Of a stretch of 32,000 bases of DNA, positions 7,995 to 17,869 are shown in pieces (the stretch's first letter is position 1; each line of letters opens with the position of its first letter). This stretch comes from Bacillota bacterium. GTDB taxonomy: Bacteria > Bacillota > Bacilli > Bacillales > Bacillaceae_I. The position numbers were made by a program, and so were the translations under genes. Below the pieces are notes generated by a model, which saw only the letters and a program-made list of their open reading frames with translations, had not been told where the DNA came from and did not search any database. The stretch spans positions 289,947 to 321,946 of the forward strand of contig JBNJJQ010000002.1 of NCBI GenBank assembly GCA_051750385.1, given 5' to 3'.

Positions 7995-8893
7995 TCAGAA
8001 TCCCCCTCTTCTGTTGCTTCTTCTTCAACAGACTCTTCCACCGGTTCTCGATCTCCGGATATTAACGTACGTTTCACGATCATCACTTGACTGATATCAT
8101 AGAAATTTGCTGCCGGCTTTATGTAGGCCATCTGTGTTAGCCCATATTCATCCGGAACGACCTCCGTCACTTCACCGATAATAAGGCCTCCCGGGAAGAT
8201 TCCACCAAGTCCAGAGGACAATACAGTCTGTCCTTCTTTCACTTCCGCCTGATGAGGGATCCTTTTCAGCAAAAGGGCACCCTTTTCATCATCATACCCT
8301 TCAACCAATCCAAAGATGCTTTCATCTCCCTGGATATAGGCGGATATGCGGTTTTTCGGATCAAGGGAGCTTAACAGCTGAACGGAGGAAGTGAAAGGAT
8401 TCGCATGCTTCACCTTACCAATCAAGCCGCCAGCTGTAATAACAGCCATGTCCTTTTCCACACCGTCCTGTTTCCCTTTATTCAAGATGATCTGCTCGCG
8501 CCACTGATCCGGATTTCTACCGATAACCGTAGCAGGCAGCGGATCGTAATCCCGGAGCGAGTCGAGCTCACCGATCACTTCTCTTATTTCTGCGTTTTCC
8601 TGTTCTAGCTTGTGCGCTTTTGTTTCGAGCATTGCGTATTCTTCCAGTCTGGCACGCAAAAGTTTATTTTCCTCATACGTATTCTTCAAGTAACCTACGT
8701 TCTCAAAGAAACCCGCAACATAATGTGCGGGCCGATAGAAGATGGATTGCACAAAGCCTGTCGAGTCTTTAACAAACTGTTCAGGCCAAGTCAATTGGTC
8801 CCGTTCTTTCAAGGAGAAACCAATCAATGCCACTAGAATAATTAAGCTCACCAACAAAATGATCAACCTCTTATTGAGGAAAAATTGCGGCAT
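7991..8893 (-). CDS. mreC: Rod shape-determining protein MreC
   Basis: It has an N-terminal TM segment, a coiled coil (LLRARLEEYAMLETKAHKLEQENAEIRE), and the beta-rich MreC core (VITAGGLIGKV, VLSSGLGGIFPGGLIIGEV). It sits between mreB and mreD. The C-terminal tail is acidic. Confidence 0.92.
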   Translation of the reverse strand: MPQFFLNKRLIILLVSLIILVALIGFSLKERDQLTWPEQFVKDSTGFVQSIFYRPAHYVAGFFENVGYLKNTYEENKLLRARLEEYAMLETKAHKLEQENAEIREVIGELDSLRDYDPLPATVIGRNPDQWREQIILNKGKQDGVEKDMAVITAGGLIGKVKHANPFTSSVQLLSSLDPKNRISAYIQGDESIFGLVEGYDDEKGALLLKRIPHQAEVKEGQTVLSSGLGGIFPGGLIIGEVTEVVPDEYGLTQMAYIKPAANFYDISQVMIVKRTLISGDREPVEESVEEEATEEGDSE

Positions 8894-8910
8894 GACTTAA
8901 CACCTTCTTT

Positions 8911-9927
8911 TTAGCGATAATCTCTTGATCTCTTCTTAAATTCGTCAATATAATCCAAAGCTTTACCTGTTCCGATTGCCACACAATCCAATGGATTTTC
9001 TGCAATGATAACCGGCATTTTCGTTTCATCACTGATCACTTTATCCAGGTTACGAAGCAAAGCGCCTCCACCCGTCAAAACAATTCCGCGGTCCATGATA
9101 TCTGCGGCAAGCTCAGGTGGCGTACGCTCCAATGTCGCTTTAACAGAATCAACGATTGCGGTAACTGTATCTTTCAATGCTTCTTCCACTTCTTTAGCAG
9201 AAATTTCGACTGTTTTCGGAAGGCCAGTCAACAAGTCACGGCCACGGATATCCATCGGTTCGATAGATTCAGAATCACCGGCAGATCCCACTTCAAGCTT
9301 CAGCGCTTCAGCCGTTCTTTCCCCGATCATGAGGTTGTAGTTTTTACGGATATAAGCGATGATGGCATCATCCATTTCATCCCCTGCAACGCGGATGGAC
9401 TGGCTTGTCACAATCCCTCCCAAGGAGATGATTGCTACTTCTGTTGTTCCGCCACCGATATCCACCACCATGGAACCAGTCGGCTCCCATACAGGAAGAT
9501 TAGCACCAATTGCCGCTGCAAACGGCTCTTCAATCGGGTATGCATCGCGCGCGCCTGCTTGGCGAGTCGCATCAATTACCGCTCTCTCTTCAACAGCCGT
9601 GATTCCGGATGGTACACATACCATCACATACGGTTTACGTGAAAAAGCGCTCTTATTGCGTAACGCCTGCTTAATATAATATTTCATCATGATCGCTGTT
9701 GTTTCATAATCAGCGATTACTCCATCCTTCATCGGACGAAGCGCCACCACATTACCAGGTGTACGACCAATCATATTTTTCGCATCGTTCCCTACTGCAA
9801 CAATCTGCTTTGTGTCGGTTTGAAGTGCCACAACCGACGGCTCACGCAAAACAATCCCTTTTCCTTTAATAAAAACTAGTGTATTGGCTGTTCCCAAGTC
9901 AATACCAAGATCTCTCGTTCCAAACAT
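8911..9927 (-). CDS. mreB: Rod shape-determining actin homologue MreB
   Basis: [29 protein letters not shown] and [18 protein letters not shown] are canonical MreB motifs. Confidence 0.97.
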   Translation of the reverse strand: MFGTRDLGIDLGTANTLVFIKGKGIVLREPSVVALQTDTKQIVAVGNDAKNMIGRTPGNVVALRPMKDGVIADYETTAIMMKYYIKQALRNKSAFSRKPYVMVCVPSGITAVEERAVIDATRQAGARDAYPIEEPFAAAIGANLPVWEPTGSMVVDIGGGTTEVAIISLGGIVTSQSIRVAGDEMDDAIIAYIRKNYNLMIGERTAEALKLEVGSAGDSESIEPMDIRGRDLLTGLPKTVEISAKEVEEALKDTVTAIVDSVKATLERTPPELAADIMDRGIVLTGGGALLRNLDKVISDETKMPVIIAENPLDCVAIGTGKALDYIDEFKKRSRDYR

Positions 9928-10039
9928 AAATGTGTATCTCCCTTTCTGAAACTAAATGCTTAATGGTGGTTAAAAGTGATAAAAGCGGACAGCTTGCCCT
10001 CATTTATTTTATTAACATGTGGATAATGTAGTTTTAAGA

Positions 10040-10072
10040 AGATAAAGCTTGGAAAGAAAAGTCCTTTCCAAA
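10040..10072 (-). terminator. Weak candidate terminator/attenuator between radC and mreB
   Basis: The stem TTGGAAAG (10049..10056) pairs with CTTTCCAA (10064..10071). On the minus strand it is followed by GCTTTATCTTCTT. The stem is short and AT-rich. Confidence 0.3.
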
Positions 10073-10117
10073 CTCATGAGTAATATTATAGCGTAGGATA
10101 CGAAAAAAGCATAGTAC

Positions 10118-10813
10118 TTACACATAGCCTTTTTCTTTTAAACTGATGAATTTCTGATCGCCGATAATCAAATGGTCCAAAAGCTCTATTCCGATCAGTT
10201 TGCCGCATTCATTGAGCCTTTTTGTCACATCAATATCCTCACGGCTGGGCGAAGGGTCTCCTGAAGGATGGTTATGAAGGCAAATAAAGGAAGCCGCTGA
10301 GCGACGAAAAGCCTCTTTGAACACTTCACGGGGATGTACGATGGAGGCATTCAGACTGCCAATGAAAATGGTCTGCTGATGGAGCACCTGATTCTTGGTG
10401 TTGAGGTATAAACAGACAAAATGCTCCTGCGTTAAAAACCGCATATCTTCCATTACATAATTAGCCGCATCTTCCGGCGACCGGATCACATAGCGGTCTT
10501 CATACTGAAGCCGATGAATGCGCCGACCGAGCTCCACTGCAGCCATTATCTGTACTGCCTTGGCACTGCCGATCCCCTTGATGCTCATCATTTCATTAAC
10601 GGAAGCATCCTTCAGCAGCCTCAATCCCTCGAAAGTGGTCAACAGGCGATTTGCCAGCTGCAGGACGGATTCATCCTTGGAACCTGTACGAAGCATAATC
10701 GCCAACAGTTCATGATTGGACAGGCTTTGTGGCCCATCCTGAATCAGTCGTTCCCGCGGGCGCTCGTCTTCCGGGTAGTCTCTTATCATTAATGATGTAG
10801 TTGGTGCTGTCAT
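10118..10813 (-). CDS. radC: RadC-like JAB/MPN domain protein
   Basis: An N-terminal HhH region is followed by the JAMM motif HNHPSGDPSPSREDI. Its position between maf and mreB matches B. subtilis. Confidence 0.9.
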   Translation of the reverse strand: MTAPTTSLMIRDYPEDERPRERLIQDGPQSLSNHELLAIMLRTGSKDESVLQLANRLLTTFEGLRLLKDASVNEMMSIKGIGSAKAVQIMAAVELGRRIHRLQYEDRYVIRSPEDAANYVMEDMRFLTQEHFVCLYLNTKNQVLHQQTIFIGSLNASIVHPREVFKEAFRRSAASFICLHNHPSGDPSPSREDIDVTKRLNECGKLIGIELLDHLIIGDQKFISLKEKGYV

Positions 10814-10868
10814 TCTTTTTACCCCCTTTGCTTTATTGATACTAAAAGCATAAGGGCAATCTACCGCA

Positions 10869-11426
10869 CTAAAAGAAGCTCTTCAGTTCACGAACCGTTC
10901 TAGACAAAGGCAGTCCCACCACAGAAAAATAATCACCGTGGATCTCTTTCACAAATAAGGCTCCCACTTCCTGAATGCCATAGCTTCCGGCCTTATCCAT
11001 CGGCTCTCCTGACCTGATGTAGTATTCTATCTCCTCATCCGTCAGCTCCCAAAACGTAACCGCTGTCTTTTCAAAGAATGTCACATGCCTATTTCCACTG
11101 ACAATCGCAACCCCACTGATTACATAATGAGTATTGCCACTCAGCATCTTTAACATGTATGTTGCTTCATCTACATCTTTGGGTTTTCCAAGAACCAAAC
11201 CGTCATGGACCACTATGGTATCTGCGCCAATAATGACAGACTCCCTATTCTCCCTGGCAACATCTTCGGCTTTTTGTAGAGCCAGGTTCATTGCAATTTC
11301 TTCTGGATTTAACATGGGGTCAAAGGTCTCTTCAATCGTACTGACCTTCACTTCAAAGGAGAGTTTCACTTGTTGGAGAAGCTCCTTTCTTCTGGGGGAT
11401 CCTGAGGCTAAAATTAGAGGCTTCAT
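10869..11426 (-). CDS. maf: Maf nucleoside-triphosphate pyrophosphatase (septum formation protein Maf)
   Basis: LILASGSPRRKELL, IGADTIV and GAYGIQ-like (GSYGIQE) are Maf family motifs. Confidence 0.93.
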   Translation of the reverse strand: MKPLILASGSPRRKELLQQVKLSFEVKVSTIEETFDPMLNPEEIAMNLALQKAEDVARENRESVIIGADTIVVHDGLVLGKPKDVDEATYMLKMLSGNTHYVISGVAIVSGNRHVTFFEKTAVTFWELTDEEIEYYIRSGEPMDKAGSYGIQEVGALFVKEIHGDYFSVVGLPLSRTVRELKSFF

Positions 11427-11543
11427 GCATTATCACCTTTTCCTGGAATTTTTCAAACAAGAGAGATACAGACCTATCGTATCACAAAAAACTGCCGTAC
11501 AACAAACAAATGCCACCCAAAATCGAAACATGCATTTCCACAT

Positions 11544-11584
11544 AAAAACAGGTTCCAAAAGTATATTTTGGAAACCTGTTTTTA
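11544..11584 (-). terminator. Rho-independent terminator downstream of the spoIIB-like gene
   Basis: A near-perfect 16-bp palindrome AAAACAGGTTCCAAAA/TTTTGGAAACCTGTTTT has one bulge. It is flanked by A and T runs on both sides. Confidence 0.65.
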
Positions 11585-11602
11585 TAGAAACCCATATTTT
11601 AA

Positions 11603-12733
11603 CTAGTACAGAAAAGCTGTTGCTTCCAATAGTTTCTGTTGGGCATTCCACAATTCCGAGGTATCTTTGGAGGTTTGGTATTGCTGAATGTGCTGATACG
11701 CACCAACAAGCAGGTCTTTCCACTGTTTAGGGCCATCTGTCAGCTCATCCGCTTTTACTGCTGAGATTTTTTCAAAATGTCCGTTCATTTTTTCCACCGC
11801 GGCGCTATCAAGAGAACTGCCCTGAAGCAAAGAGGAGGACGCTGCAGCCAATTCCTTGTAAAGACCCTGACCTTCTTGAAGAACTGTCGCATCCTGAGCG
11901 GTCAGGGAATTGAACGTTTTTTCGGGAATTGCAAACTCCTTCGCATAGGTTTCCAATCCTTTATTGGTTGCCATCGCACCAAGACTCTTCATTCCTTCGA
12001 CCGTTTGTCCGATCCCCACCAAGACATAAATGGTATCAGTACCGACAGCAACAGCTGATAATCCCTGGCTTTTGAAGGTATCTATCGTCGCATTCGCCGA
12101 TTCCATAGTGGATAAAGCTCCCCCCTGCAGGACTGCTACAGCTTGCGCAGGAATCGTCACACTTTGCTCGCCGCTTTTTCCAGTTGTGCCGGTATCATCC
12201 TTATCCGGTTGGTCTGACACAGTTCCTGCTGCAGGCTGGGCAGGATTCAATGGATTATCCGATGAAATATTCATGATTGCGAGAATAAGAAAGCCTAAAC
12301 AAGTACCAATACCTACAGCCATCACAATGGATAAAATAAGTTGTTTTGAAAAGGATGGAGGGGCCAATTTCTTCTTGCCTAAGGAAAAGGGACGCGTTTT
12401 CTTTCCGGTTGGTTTATTGATTTCGCGCAAATCTTCTATATAGGAAGCTTTTCCTGATGTTGTTTCCTTCTTCTCCTGCTTAACCGGCTCTTTCGGAAGA
12501 ACCCATTCGAAATCTTCTTCCTCTTTCTTTTCTGCTGCTGCAGCCGTTTCATCCACGATAATTAGGGGCAGATCGTCCTCTTCCATATAGACATCTTCTT
12601 GTACTTGTTCCTGGTAGTTTGTCACAGGTGTTTCCGGTTGTTTTTTCCCTTTCTTTCTTTTTGAATGATGATGAAATGATTTTTCCTTCCCGTTAATTCG
12701 GATTTTCACTTCATGTGAATGATTCTTGTCCAA
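11603..12733 (-). CDS. spoIIB: SPOR-domain membrane protein, SpoIIB-like
   Basis: It occupies the B. subtilis spoIIB position, between the comC-equivalent gene and maf. It has a basic N-terminus, one TM segment (LILSIVMAVGIGTCLGFLILAI) and a SPOR-like segment (VAVLQGGALSTMESANATIDTFKSQGLSAVAV...IYVLVGIG). TTG 12733 is preceded by GGAGGTG. ATG 12748 has no RBS. The symbol rests on synteny plus architecture only. Confidence 0.55.
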   Translation of the reverse strand: MDKNHSHEVKIRINGKEKSFHHHSKRKKGKKQPETPVTNYQEQVQEDVYMEEDDLPLIIVDETAAAAEKKEEEDFEWVLPKEPVKQEKKETTSGKASYIEDLREINKPTGKKTRPFSLGKKKLAPPSFSKQLILSIVMAVGIGTCLGFLILAIMNISSDNPLNPAQPAAGTVSDQPDKDDTGTTGKSGEQSVTIPAQAVAVLQGGALSTMESANATIDTFKSQGLSAVAVGTDTIYVLVGIGQTVEGMKSLGAMATNKGLETYAKEFAIPEKTFNSLTAQDATVLQEGQGLYKELAAASSSLLQGSSLDSAAVEKMNGHFEKISAVKADELTDGPKQWKDLLVGAYQHIQQYQTSKDTSELWNAQQKLLEATAFLY

Positions 12734-12802
12734 TATTTCCACCTCCATTTACAATGACAAAATATGTCTGCATTTGATTTGTTTCATCCTATCATAGAGC
12801 AT

Positions 12803-12835
12803 AAAAAAAAGAACAAGACTTTTGTCGTCTTGTCC
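12803..12835 (-). terminator. Rho-independent terminator ending the pil operon
   Basis: On the minus strand GGACAAGAC-GACAAAA-GTCTTGTTC is followed by eight T residues. Confidence 0.75.
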
Positions 12836-12897
12836 TAATTGTTTTCCGACACAATCCCCTATGCATTAGGGCTTTCGACTGTTTCCTCGGAAATAAT

Positions 12898-13620
12898 TTA
12901 TTCATTGTCGAGAAATGGATTGGTCTTATTACTCGGTTCCGGTGCAGAGATCGGAGGCAGATCCTCCATCAAGTCCGCTAGCTCCGGATGATAAAACGCT
13001 GATAACTGAACCGAATATGTGAGTGACGTCAATTCCTGTGCAATGGAAGTCAGTTCGGGAAGTCCAGTGAAAGCAACCGATTCGATTTGAGTGATTCGCG
13101 TCAACCCTTCCAATTCCTCAAGGAAGGTAGTTAGATCTTCATAGTTCTCGGACTCGACGGATAAATTGACGGTTACCTTCTTTAACCCTTCAGGCAAGTA
13201 GGCTTGTTCCGTTTGTTGTTCTTCTGTGCTGTCCGTGGTTGTAGTGCTGTTCACTTCCACGTACTCATCCAGGGTAGTAGTCGCTGAAAAATCCGCATCA
13301 CCAAAAGTCATATTCATGATTCTTGAATTGGAGACCACTTCCGCTTTCTCGAGTTCGAGAATCAGCTGCTCGACATAGGAGGTGACAGGTATCTTCCGCT
13401 GGAGTTCCATTGTATTTCCCAACCCTGTTCCAGCTGATTCCTGCTGCTGATCCAGGACTTGAATCAATTGCTCCTCAATTTCAATTTCCTGCTTTTTCTG
13501 CTCCACCATTGTCTGTTTAGGTGCGTAGCTTAAATAGTAGAAAAGGATGATTCCCATTACGAGCAATGCTACAACAGAGGCAAAGATGATGTAGTGCTTT
13601 CTCTGCAGTTCAATGATCAT
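12898..13620 (-). CDS. pilO: Type IV pilus assembly protein PilO-like
   Basis: It has a single N-terminal TM segment, a coiled-coil segment and a C-terminal alpha/beta region. It is translationally coupled to pilN by a 4-nt overlap. The assignment rests on position and architecture. Confidence 0.6.
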   Translation of the reverse strand: MIIELQRKHYIIFASVVALLVMGIILFYYLSYAPKQTMVEQKKQEIEIEEQLIQVLDQQQESAGTGLGNTMELQRKIPVTSYVEQLILELEKAEVVSNSRIMNMTFGDADFSATTTLDEYVEVNSTTTTDSTEEQQTEQAYLPEGLKKVTVNLSVESENYEDLTTFLEELEGLTRITQIESVAFTGLPELTSIAQELTSLTYSVQLSAFYHPELADLMEDLPPISAPEPSNKTNPFLDNE

Positions 13621-14291
13621 AGATCCTCGCCCCCATCCTCTGATTCCGTATCCGTCTCGGTTTCTGTATCTTCTTCATCTGATTCGATTTCTTCAACTTC
13701 AGTTTCCGGAGTTTCCTCTTCCTCAGCCTTTATAGCTGCCTTGTCAAATTCCAAGCTGTACTGCGCGATATAACGAGGCAATACATCAGCATCCTCTTCC
13801 TCACCGACAGTGGTGGTGGTAACGCTAGAGAGATTGACATTCTCGAAATAGCTGTTCCCGTTCAGATGATACAGGTAATAGGCTGCGTCTTTGGATTGAT
13901 CGAATTGCACCGTTACATTCAATGCTCCGCTCTCTGCATAGGAGAAGCTTTGAACAAACCCACGGCTCGGAAGCATCCTTACAAGCTCCTGCATGACAGG
14001 AACCATTTCCACTGGATATTCCTCTGCCCATTGAACCGTATTCTCCAAGCGCTGAGCGGAGGAAGAGTTCTTAGGTGTTCGTATGGATTCTTCTTTTGTT
14101 GCACGCAATGCCTGGACATTTTCGAGGCCTCTTTCAGCCCTCAAGACATCCTGGCTGACAAGATGCTGAAAGATTACTAGAAGAATAACCACAAAAAGAA
14201 CAAAGAATCCGCAAATTCCATAAACAAGAGGAGTCGTAATGTTACGCGCCTGTTTTCTTGGCAATAGATTTATATCTACTAACGTTTTCAT
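13617..14291 (-). CDS. pilN: Type IV pilus assembly protein PilN, with an acidic C-terminal tail
   Basis: The N-terminus VDINLLPRKQ is the INLLP PilN signature. One TM segment follows. The gene lies directly after pilM. Confidence 0.8.
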   Translation of the reverse strand: MKTLVDINLLPRKQARNITTPLVYGICGFFVLFVVILLVIFQHLVSQDVLRAERGLENVQALRATKEESIRTPKNSSSAQRLENTVQWAEEYPVEMVPVMQELVRMLPSRGFVQSFSYAESGALNVTVQFDQSKDAAYYLYHLNGNSYFENVNLSSVTTTTVGEEEDADVLPRYIAQYSLEFDKAAIKAEEEETPETEVEEIESDEEDTETETDTESEDGGEDL

Positions 14292-14293
14292 TC

Positions 14294-15274
14294 CTACACC
14301 TCTTTTAACGCTAACCCGAGTGGAAAATAATACTTAGGGTCAACAACCTCTTGGTCTTGTGTATAAACATCCTGCTCATATGTATCAACCGGGACTGTAA
14401 TCCGTTCTCTCAGTTTTGCCAATACCAATGGGGAGTTAGGATGATCCCCATATAGGAGAACTCTCTTTACTTCATCGGTCCCTTGGTTCAAGGAATAACG
14501 GAAGAAGTTCATGATCCGTTCCACTTCTTTGATGAAGTCCTCCAAAAATACGTTAAACTGAATAATATCTCCGGCCCACTCCATTCTCGTATTTGTCTCT
14601 GACACTTCCCATGTCTTAATGTCGGCTGGGATGGCGATGGTTCTGACGAATACAGGAGCATGCTTCATGAAAATACTAAGCGTGATGCAGCTGATATCAA
14701 AATGAATGATTAATAGATGGTCATTCTCATTTCGTTGTCCGAACTCATAATAAAGTCGGTACAGACAAAGGGAAGAAACATCCGCCACAGTCGGCTTCAT
14801 TTTGTTTTCTTCAAAAATGGAAGACACCTGCGTGACCATTTCCTCCGGTGAAGCGAAAAGAACAAGGTCCGTTTTCTCGGAACGCTGAAGAACATGAACG
14901 TCAAAGACCGGATCTTCAAATGGAAGGTGAATGGTCGAACCAAGCTCCAGATACAGGTGTCCGATAATCTCGTCATCCATCACATTCGAAGGGATGCTAA
15001 GCTTTCTTGTTACCACAAACTGATCCGGAACGACAAATCTTACATGCTTCCGCTTCAATCCCCATTCTTCCACACATTCCTCGAAAATGAGACGAAAGAT
15101 ATTTTCATCGACAATCTTCCCATCACGCACGATGTTCGGCGGCAAAAATCGCTCCTTTGTGCGCTTGACCGTCAAAGGATTCAAACTCTTCAACTCTACC
15201 ATTCTAATAACATGGTCACGAAACGTAATATTTATAAAATTATTATGTTTTGGTTGTAAAAACGAAAATTCCAT
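14294..15274 (-). CDS. pilM: Type IV pilus assembly protein PilM (actin-like ATPase fold)
   Basis: This 326-aa cytoplasmic protein has a PilM-like pattern (RFLPPNIVRDGKIVDENIF..., VPDQFVVTRKLSIP). It is followed by pilN and pilO. Confidence 0.75.
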   Translation of the reverse strand: MEFSFLQPKHNNFINITFRDHVIRMVELKSLNPLTVKRTKERFLPPNIVRDGKIVDENIFRLIFEECVEEWGLKRKHVRFVVPDQFVVTRKLSIPSNVMDDEIIGHLYLELGSTIHLPFEDPVFDVHVLQRSEKTDLVLFASPEEMVTQVSSIFEENKMKPTVADVSSLCLYRLYYEFGQRNENDHLLIIHFDISCITLSIFMKHAPVFVRTIAIPADIKTWEVSETNTRMEWAGDIIQFNVFLEDFIKEVERIMNFFRYSLNQGTDEVKRVLLYGDHPNSPLVLAKLRERITVPVDTYEQDVYTQDQEVVDPKYYFPLGLALKEV

Positions 15275-15298
15275 TCAGTAGAACTCCTTTTTTATTTA

Positions 15299-16078
15299 CT
15301 AGAAGAGTAGAGAAAAGTACAGGTTCAAGATTTTCTCGCCTACAAAATAACTGATGAGCGCCGCCACTGCAATCGATGGTCCAAACGGAAACGGTACACC
15401 CTTTTTCACTTTGCCGAACAGCATTCCAGTAAGGGCTACAATCATCCCTACCAATGATGCGAGAAAGAATGTAAGGATCACCATCTTCCATCCCAATACA
15501 AATCCCAGGACAGCAAACAGCTTGATATCCCCTCCACCCATGCCTCCTTTGGAAAGCATGGCAACAAGTGCTGGAATCGCAAAACCTACCGCCAGTCCAA
15601 TCAGATGATTCGGTAGGGTCTGATACGGAATGAAAATTCTTTCAAAAATGAATAAAAGAAAGAAGAATAACAGTATCTTATTTGGAATGAGCATATAGTG
15701 AATATCAGTAATGACGATGATAATCAGCATCGAAATGAGGGTCCAAGCAATGACCAGCTCATATGTCCACCCCATCAATAATGGTGCAAGGACAAACAGC
15801 ACAGCCGTCAATAGCTCGAATAATGGATAAATAGGAGACACGGTATGTTTACAGTACCGACATCTCCCCTTGGAAAATACATATGAAAGGACGGGAATCA
15901 AATCAATCCCCGTCAATGTCTGTTTACAGCTTGTACAATGTGACCTCGGTGCCACGATTGACATGCCCTTTGGAATTCGAAGGCCGACTACGTTGTAGAA
16001 GGAGCCTAGGAGGAGGGCTGTGATGAAAATCAAGATATTATAAGGAGTATAAATATCAATCTGAAGAAGATGTATCAT
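15299..16078 (-). CDS. pilD: Prepilin peptidase / N-methyltransferase (A24 family; PilD/ComC)
   Basis: LGSFYNVVGLRIP, the CTSC...CRYC zinc cluster, ITDIHYMLIPN and GGGDIKLF (the two catalytic Asp) are present. It is closely collinear with B. subtilis ComC. The start is uncertain: ATG 16078 is preferred and TTG 16096 is the maximal ORF. Either start overlaps the 3' end of pilA. Confidence 0.9.
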   Translation of the reverse strand: MIHLLQIDIYTPYNILIFITALLLGSFYNVVGLRIPKGMSIVAPRSHCTSCKQTLTGIDLIPVLSYVFSKGRCRYCKHTVSPIYPLFELLTAVLFVLAPLLMGWTYELVIAWTLISMLIIIVITDIHYMLIPNKILLFFFLLFIFERIFIPYQTLPNHLIGLAVGFAIPALVAMLSKGGMGGGDIKLFAVLGFVLGWKMVILTFFLASLVGMIVALTGMLFGKVKKGVPFPFGPSIAVAALISYFVGEKILNLYFSLLF

Positions 16079-16562
16079 GTACCTGGCCACGTGCAAGTGA
16101 ATTTACACTAACTGCCTTCCCGTCTTCATCTTGTACTCCTCGTGAATTATTAACTAATTTAACTTCTGTAACTTCCCCATTAACAACCTTTACGTAAGAA
16201 ACATTGTTATCTGCTAATTCAGTTTTCTCAACAAGTTCTGAAGAACCCCTTTTATAACTAGTATCTGAACCATCAGGATCCTTTACTATATCTAAGAACT
16301 TACCTTTTTCTAGATAATCTAATGTTAGAAAGAAAGTACCGTCTTTTTGAAGATTCGCATCTCCAGCGACAGCTAACTTTGCAGAACTAACCATCTGCTG
16401 AGCATTCGCAACATGCGCATCCTTTTTACTATTATCTATCAAACCACCGATACTAGGCACGGCAATAGCAGCAATAATCCCCAAAATAACAACAACAGCA
16501 AGTAACTCGATCAATGTTAACCCTTTTTCGTTGCGTAAAATGTTTCTACATTTTTGTAACAC
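16056..16562 (-). CDS. pilA: Type IV major pilin (prepilin-type N-terminal cleavage/methylation domain)
   Basis: The leader MLQKCRNILRNEKG is followed by LTLIELLAVVVILGIIAAIAVP, with Gly-1 and Glu+5. It is the only short pilin gene adjacent to pilC and pilD. The GTG start follows GGGAGG. Confidence 0.85.
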   Translation of the reverse strand: MLQKCRNILRNEKGLTLIELLAVVVILGIIAAIAVPSIGGLIDNSKKDAHVANAQQMVSSAKLAVAGDANLQKDGTFFLTLDYLEKGKFLDIVKDPDGSDTSYKRGSSELVEKTELADNNVSYVKVVNGEVTEVKLVNNSRGVQDEDGKAVSVNSLARGQVHDTSSSD

Positions 16563-16660
16563 TTTTAATTTTCCTCCCTTTTTGGAAATATGTAGTAATT
16601 CTTTATCTACTATAATTCTATTATACTAGACAACAAATTTCAATAAGAATCTACAGCATT

Positions 16661-17869
16661 TTATGACTGAATGTGGTTAAAAATATCGAACATTGGAACT
16701 AGTATTGACGTGACTATAGTCCCGACAATAATTGCCAGTAAGACAATCATTAATGGCTCTATTAAACTTTTTAATCGGTCCGTTGCGTTGTCGACTTCTT
16801 TTTCATAGAACTCGGCGATTTTATCCAGCATGACATCGAGTGAACCTGTACTTTCTCCAATGGAAATCATTTGTGTCACAAGTGGCGGGAATGCCCAGTG
16901 TGCTTTCATGGGAGTTGTTAGGGACTCCCCTTTTTCTAAAGCTCCCCTTGCATCTTCCAATACTTTCGCGATCACTTCATTTTCGGCAATTTTTTCAACG
17001 ATAGAGATTGCCTGTAAAATTGGAACGGAGCTGGATAGCAGCGAGCTGAGTGTTCTAGTCAGCCTTGCAATAGAAGCCTTTTGCAAAAGCTTTCCGAATA
17101 TAGGTAGTCGCAAAAGGAAATAGTCAAGGTAGTATTTGAACTGTTTTTGCTTTCTTGCAAGTGTTAGTCCAAGAACTACTCCACCAAAAAATAGTATGAC
17201 CTGCCACCAATATACCTGCATCCATTCACTTGAACCTAATACAAACCGCGTAATCAACGGTAGTTCTGCTCCAAAGTCGGAGAACATCGCAACAAAGGTC
17301 GGGACTACTCCGACTAGCAAGAAAATGATAACAGCAATTGCAATCACCCCTAATACAAGAGGGTAAGTCAATGCTGAAATAATTTTCTGCTTCGTTTCGT
17401 GCTGCTTTTCGAATTGTGTGGCCAAACGGTCCAGCGTATCGTCAATCGCTCCACTTGCTTCACCGGCTTTTATCATATTGACAAACATAGCAGAGAAAAT
17501 TTTAGGGTATTTGGCAGCAGCATATGAAAGGGAGTTACCTTGCCTTAACTCCTCTTCTACATCCAGAAGCGTGCGTTTGAGAATCTTGCTTTCTGTCTGA
17601 TGGGCGAGTACGTTCGTTGCTTCTACTACAGGAACGCCTGCCCTGATCAAGGTAGAGAATTGACGTAAAAATACTACAAAGTCACGCAGCTTTACAGGAT
17701 TTCCTATTGTAATTTCCTTGGTGAAAATAGATTCAGGCACCTCATCCATTTGCAGAACTCTTATTCCTTCATCCCTTAGCTTAATAAAGGCTTCTCTTCT
17801 AGAGGCACTGATGACCGCACCTTCTCTTTTTCCACTTTTATCTCTTCCAACATACTTAAATTTAGGCAT
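16661..17869 (-). CDS. pilC: Type IV pilus platform protein PilC (GspF family)
   Basis: This 402-aa protein has a duplicated T2SS-F domain architecture with three TM segments. The N-terminus MPKFKYVGRDKSGK is typical of PilC. Confidence 0.92.
   Translation of the reverse strand: MPKFKYVGRDKSGKREGAVISASRREAFIKLRDEGIRVLQMDEVPESIFTKEITIGNPVKLRDFVVFLRQFSTLIRAGVPVVEATNVLAHQTESKILKRTLLDVEEELRQGNSLSYAAAKYPKIFSAMFVNMIKAGEASGAIDDTLDRLATQFEKQHETKQKIISALTYPLVLGVIAIAVIIFLLVGVVPTFVAMFSDFGAELPLITRFVLGSSEWMQVYWWQVILFFGGVVLGLTLARKQKQFKYYLDYFLLRLPIFGKLLQKASIARLTRTLSSLLSSSVPILQAISIVEKIAENEVIAKVLEDARGALEKGESLTTPMKAHWAFPPLVTQMISIGESTGSLDVMLDKIAEFYEKEVDNATDRLKSLIEPLMIVLLAIIVGTIVTSILVPMFDIFNHIQS

Noticed and set aside
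16563-16660. A dedicated pilA promoter or a c-di-GMP riboswitch in the pilC-pilA gap. The regions upstream of the minor-pilin operon and the vWA gene were also checked.
   Set aside because: TATAAT (16625..16620) and TATAGT (16614..16609) are present, but only poor -35 matches occur at workable spacing (TTGTTG at 16 nt). The regions are short and AT-rich. They lack the GC-rich conserved helices expected of GEMM-type c-di-GMP riboswitches.
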